Source: Seison nebaliae
Lineage: Eukaryota
Direction: 5' to 3'
NCBI GenBank assembly: GCA_023231475.1
Contig: JALJEE010002345.1
Location: 1 to 64,000 of the forward strand
DNA: 64,000 bases
Shown here piece by piece: positions 62,785-64,000 of this stretch. The position numbers were made by a program, and so were the translations under genes. Position 1 is the first letter of the stretch, and each line of letters opens with the position of its first letter. The notes under the pieces are model-generated. The model was not told where the DNA came from. It saw only the letters and a list, made by a program, of their open reading frames with translations, and made no database searches.

Positions 62785-64000
62785 ATGGTTCATCAAAAAA
62801 CTTTCATAATAATAACTGTAATTTTATTGTACTCAGAATTCTCATCAGTTCGTACTGACAGTGAGATTATAGATTTTTCGAAAAGTTTAATTTTTGTTAA
62901 GAAAAGTTATGAGTTGTTTAATTCAAACTAGAAGATTGGTATGAATTTGAAAAAAAAGTCATCAATTTCGAACAGGTTGAAGGTAAGACAGAGAACAAAG
63001 TAAAATGTGATGATAATCATTTCCGAATTATGTTAGTATTTATGATCTAATTTTTCCAATTCTTAATTAGAGCACCTGTTTGGGGTGCTTCTCCCGTAGT
63101 ATGCGGACAAGGACTTACTCCTAAAACATTGTTCTTTAACACCACACAGATTTATTGTTCAGGAGAAGGATGTCGGAGAAGACTCAAAGGGAGAATTAGA
63201 AAACCGATCAAATCGGAATTAAACACTGAAATCAATATATGGAAATTGAAACGTATTCGAAATGATGAATATGAATTTCTCTGGGAAACGAATGGTTTCA
63301 CTGATACGGTTATAGAAATCGATGACGATATCCTGAATCAATTTCAAATAGTGAACGTTATAAATAAATATCATGAATGTAATGTTAATTTGACAAATCC
63401 TCTTACTCTTCCCAGAGAATGTAAAGAAGTCAAATTTGTAGTAGAAAGTTAGGAAGATTAATAAGTTTTCTTATTTTAAATTTTTGAAGAATCATCACCG
63501 AAACATTATAATGCTGCCGGTTATTTTTATATCAATAAAAATTAATCACTTCAACAATGAGGAAATTATACAGATTTAAAAATGAATAAATGGTCTTGCT
63601 CAAACTGCAAAGTCACATTCACCAATTTCCATATTCGCGATTTTAGTTTAAGTAAATTTTTATTTGTATATTGGTGTAAAGATTATTATGTAAAATTAAG
63701 GTTAGTTCAATAGGAATGAAACTTATAATAATTCAAATATGTTTTATTAATCTTCAGTTCTTTTCATCAGAATAGACAATATGAAGGACCACGTCTTTGT
63801 ACGGACAAAGTGAAACCAGTAACGATAAACGGTGACAATGTTACGATTAAAATGTCAAAGAACTTTTCCATTGATATGACTTGGATAATGGAATATTGTT
63901 TATTTATTTTGTATAGAAAAATTTAACTTGTTTGAAAAAAGATACAATTAAAGATGATTGGGAAGCTATTTACGATTTTAATGTCACTGATATCGATTTA
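62785..64000 (+). CDS. Secreted or membrane protein with CUB-like segments, 3'-partial
   Basis: Signal-like MVHQKTFIIITVILLYS; spliced exons give CKVTFTNFHI and GPRLC..GDNVTIKM; GTT introns including a 19-nt exon at 63682-63700. Confidence 0.5.

Overview
AT-rich, gene-dense window from a metazoan with a very compact genome (standard genetic code; species not identifiable from the sequence alone). About 20 protein-coding genes are present, most split by tiny (roughly 40-65 nt) spliceosomal introns. They encode a Pro/Met/Gln-repeat protein, an LRR receptor, CDV3-like, TMED9-like p24, ATAD3, FBP1, PRPF4, two tandem sulfotransferases, UNC50, TYW3, SAS-6, anamorsin, an M1 aminopeptidase, MED15-like, a TARP/claudin-family protein with a huge tail, a giant secreted VWD/TIL + 10x rhamnose-binding-lectin + PAN protein, and a partial CUB-like protein. 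The most striking feature is the splice code. Of roughly 85 introns I reconstructed by hand from reading-frame continuity, all but about three begin GTT (5' splice site GUU instead of the metazoan GURAG), with no required exonic G and frequent AAG acceptors. The window also holds an inverted, MITE-interrupted partial duplicate of the aminopeptidase, a pair of co-varying hairpins, and possible operon/trans-splicing signals. All exon boundaries are manual inferences without transcript data.
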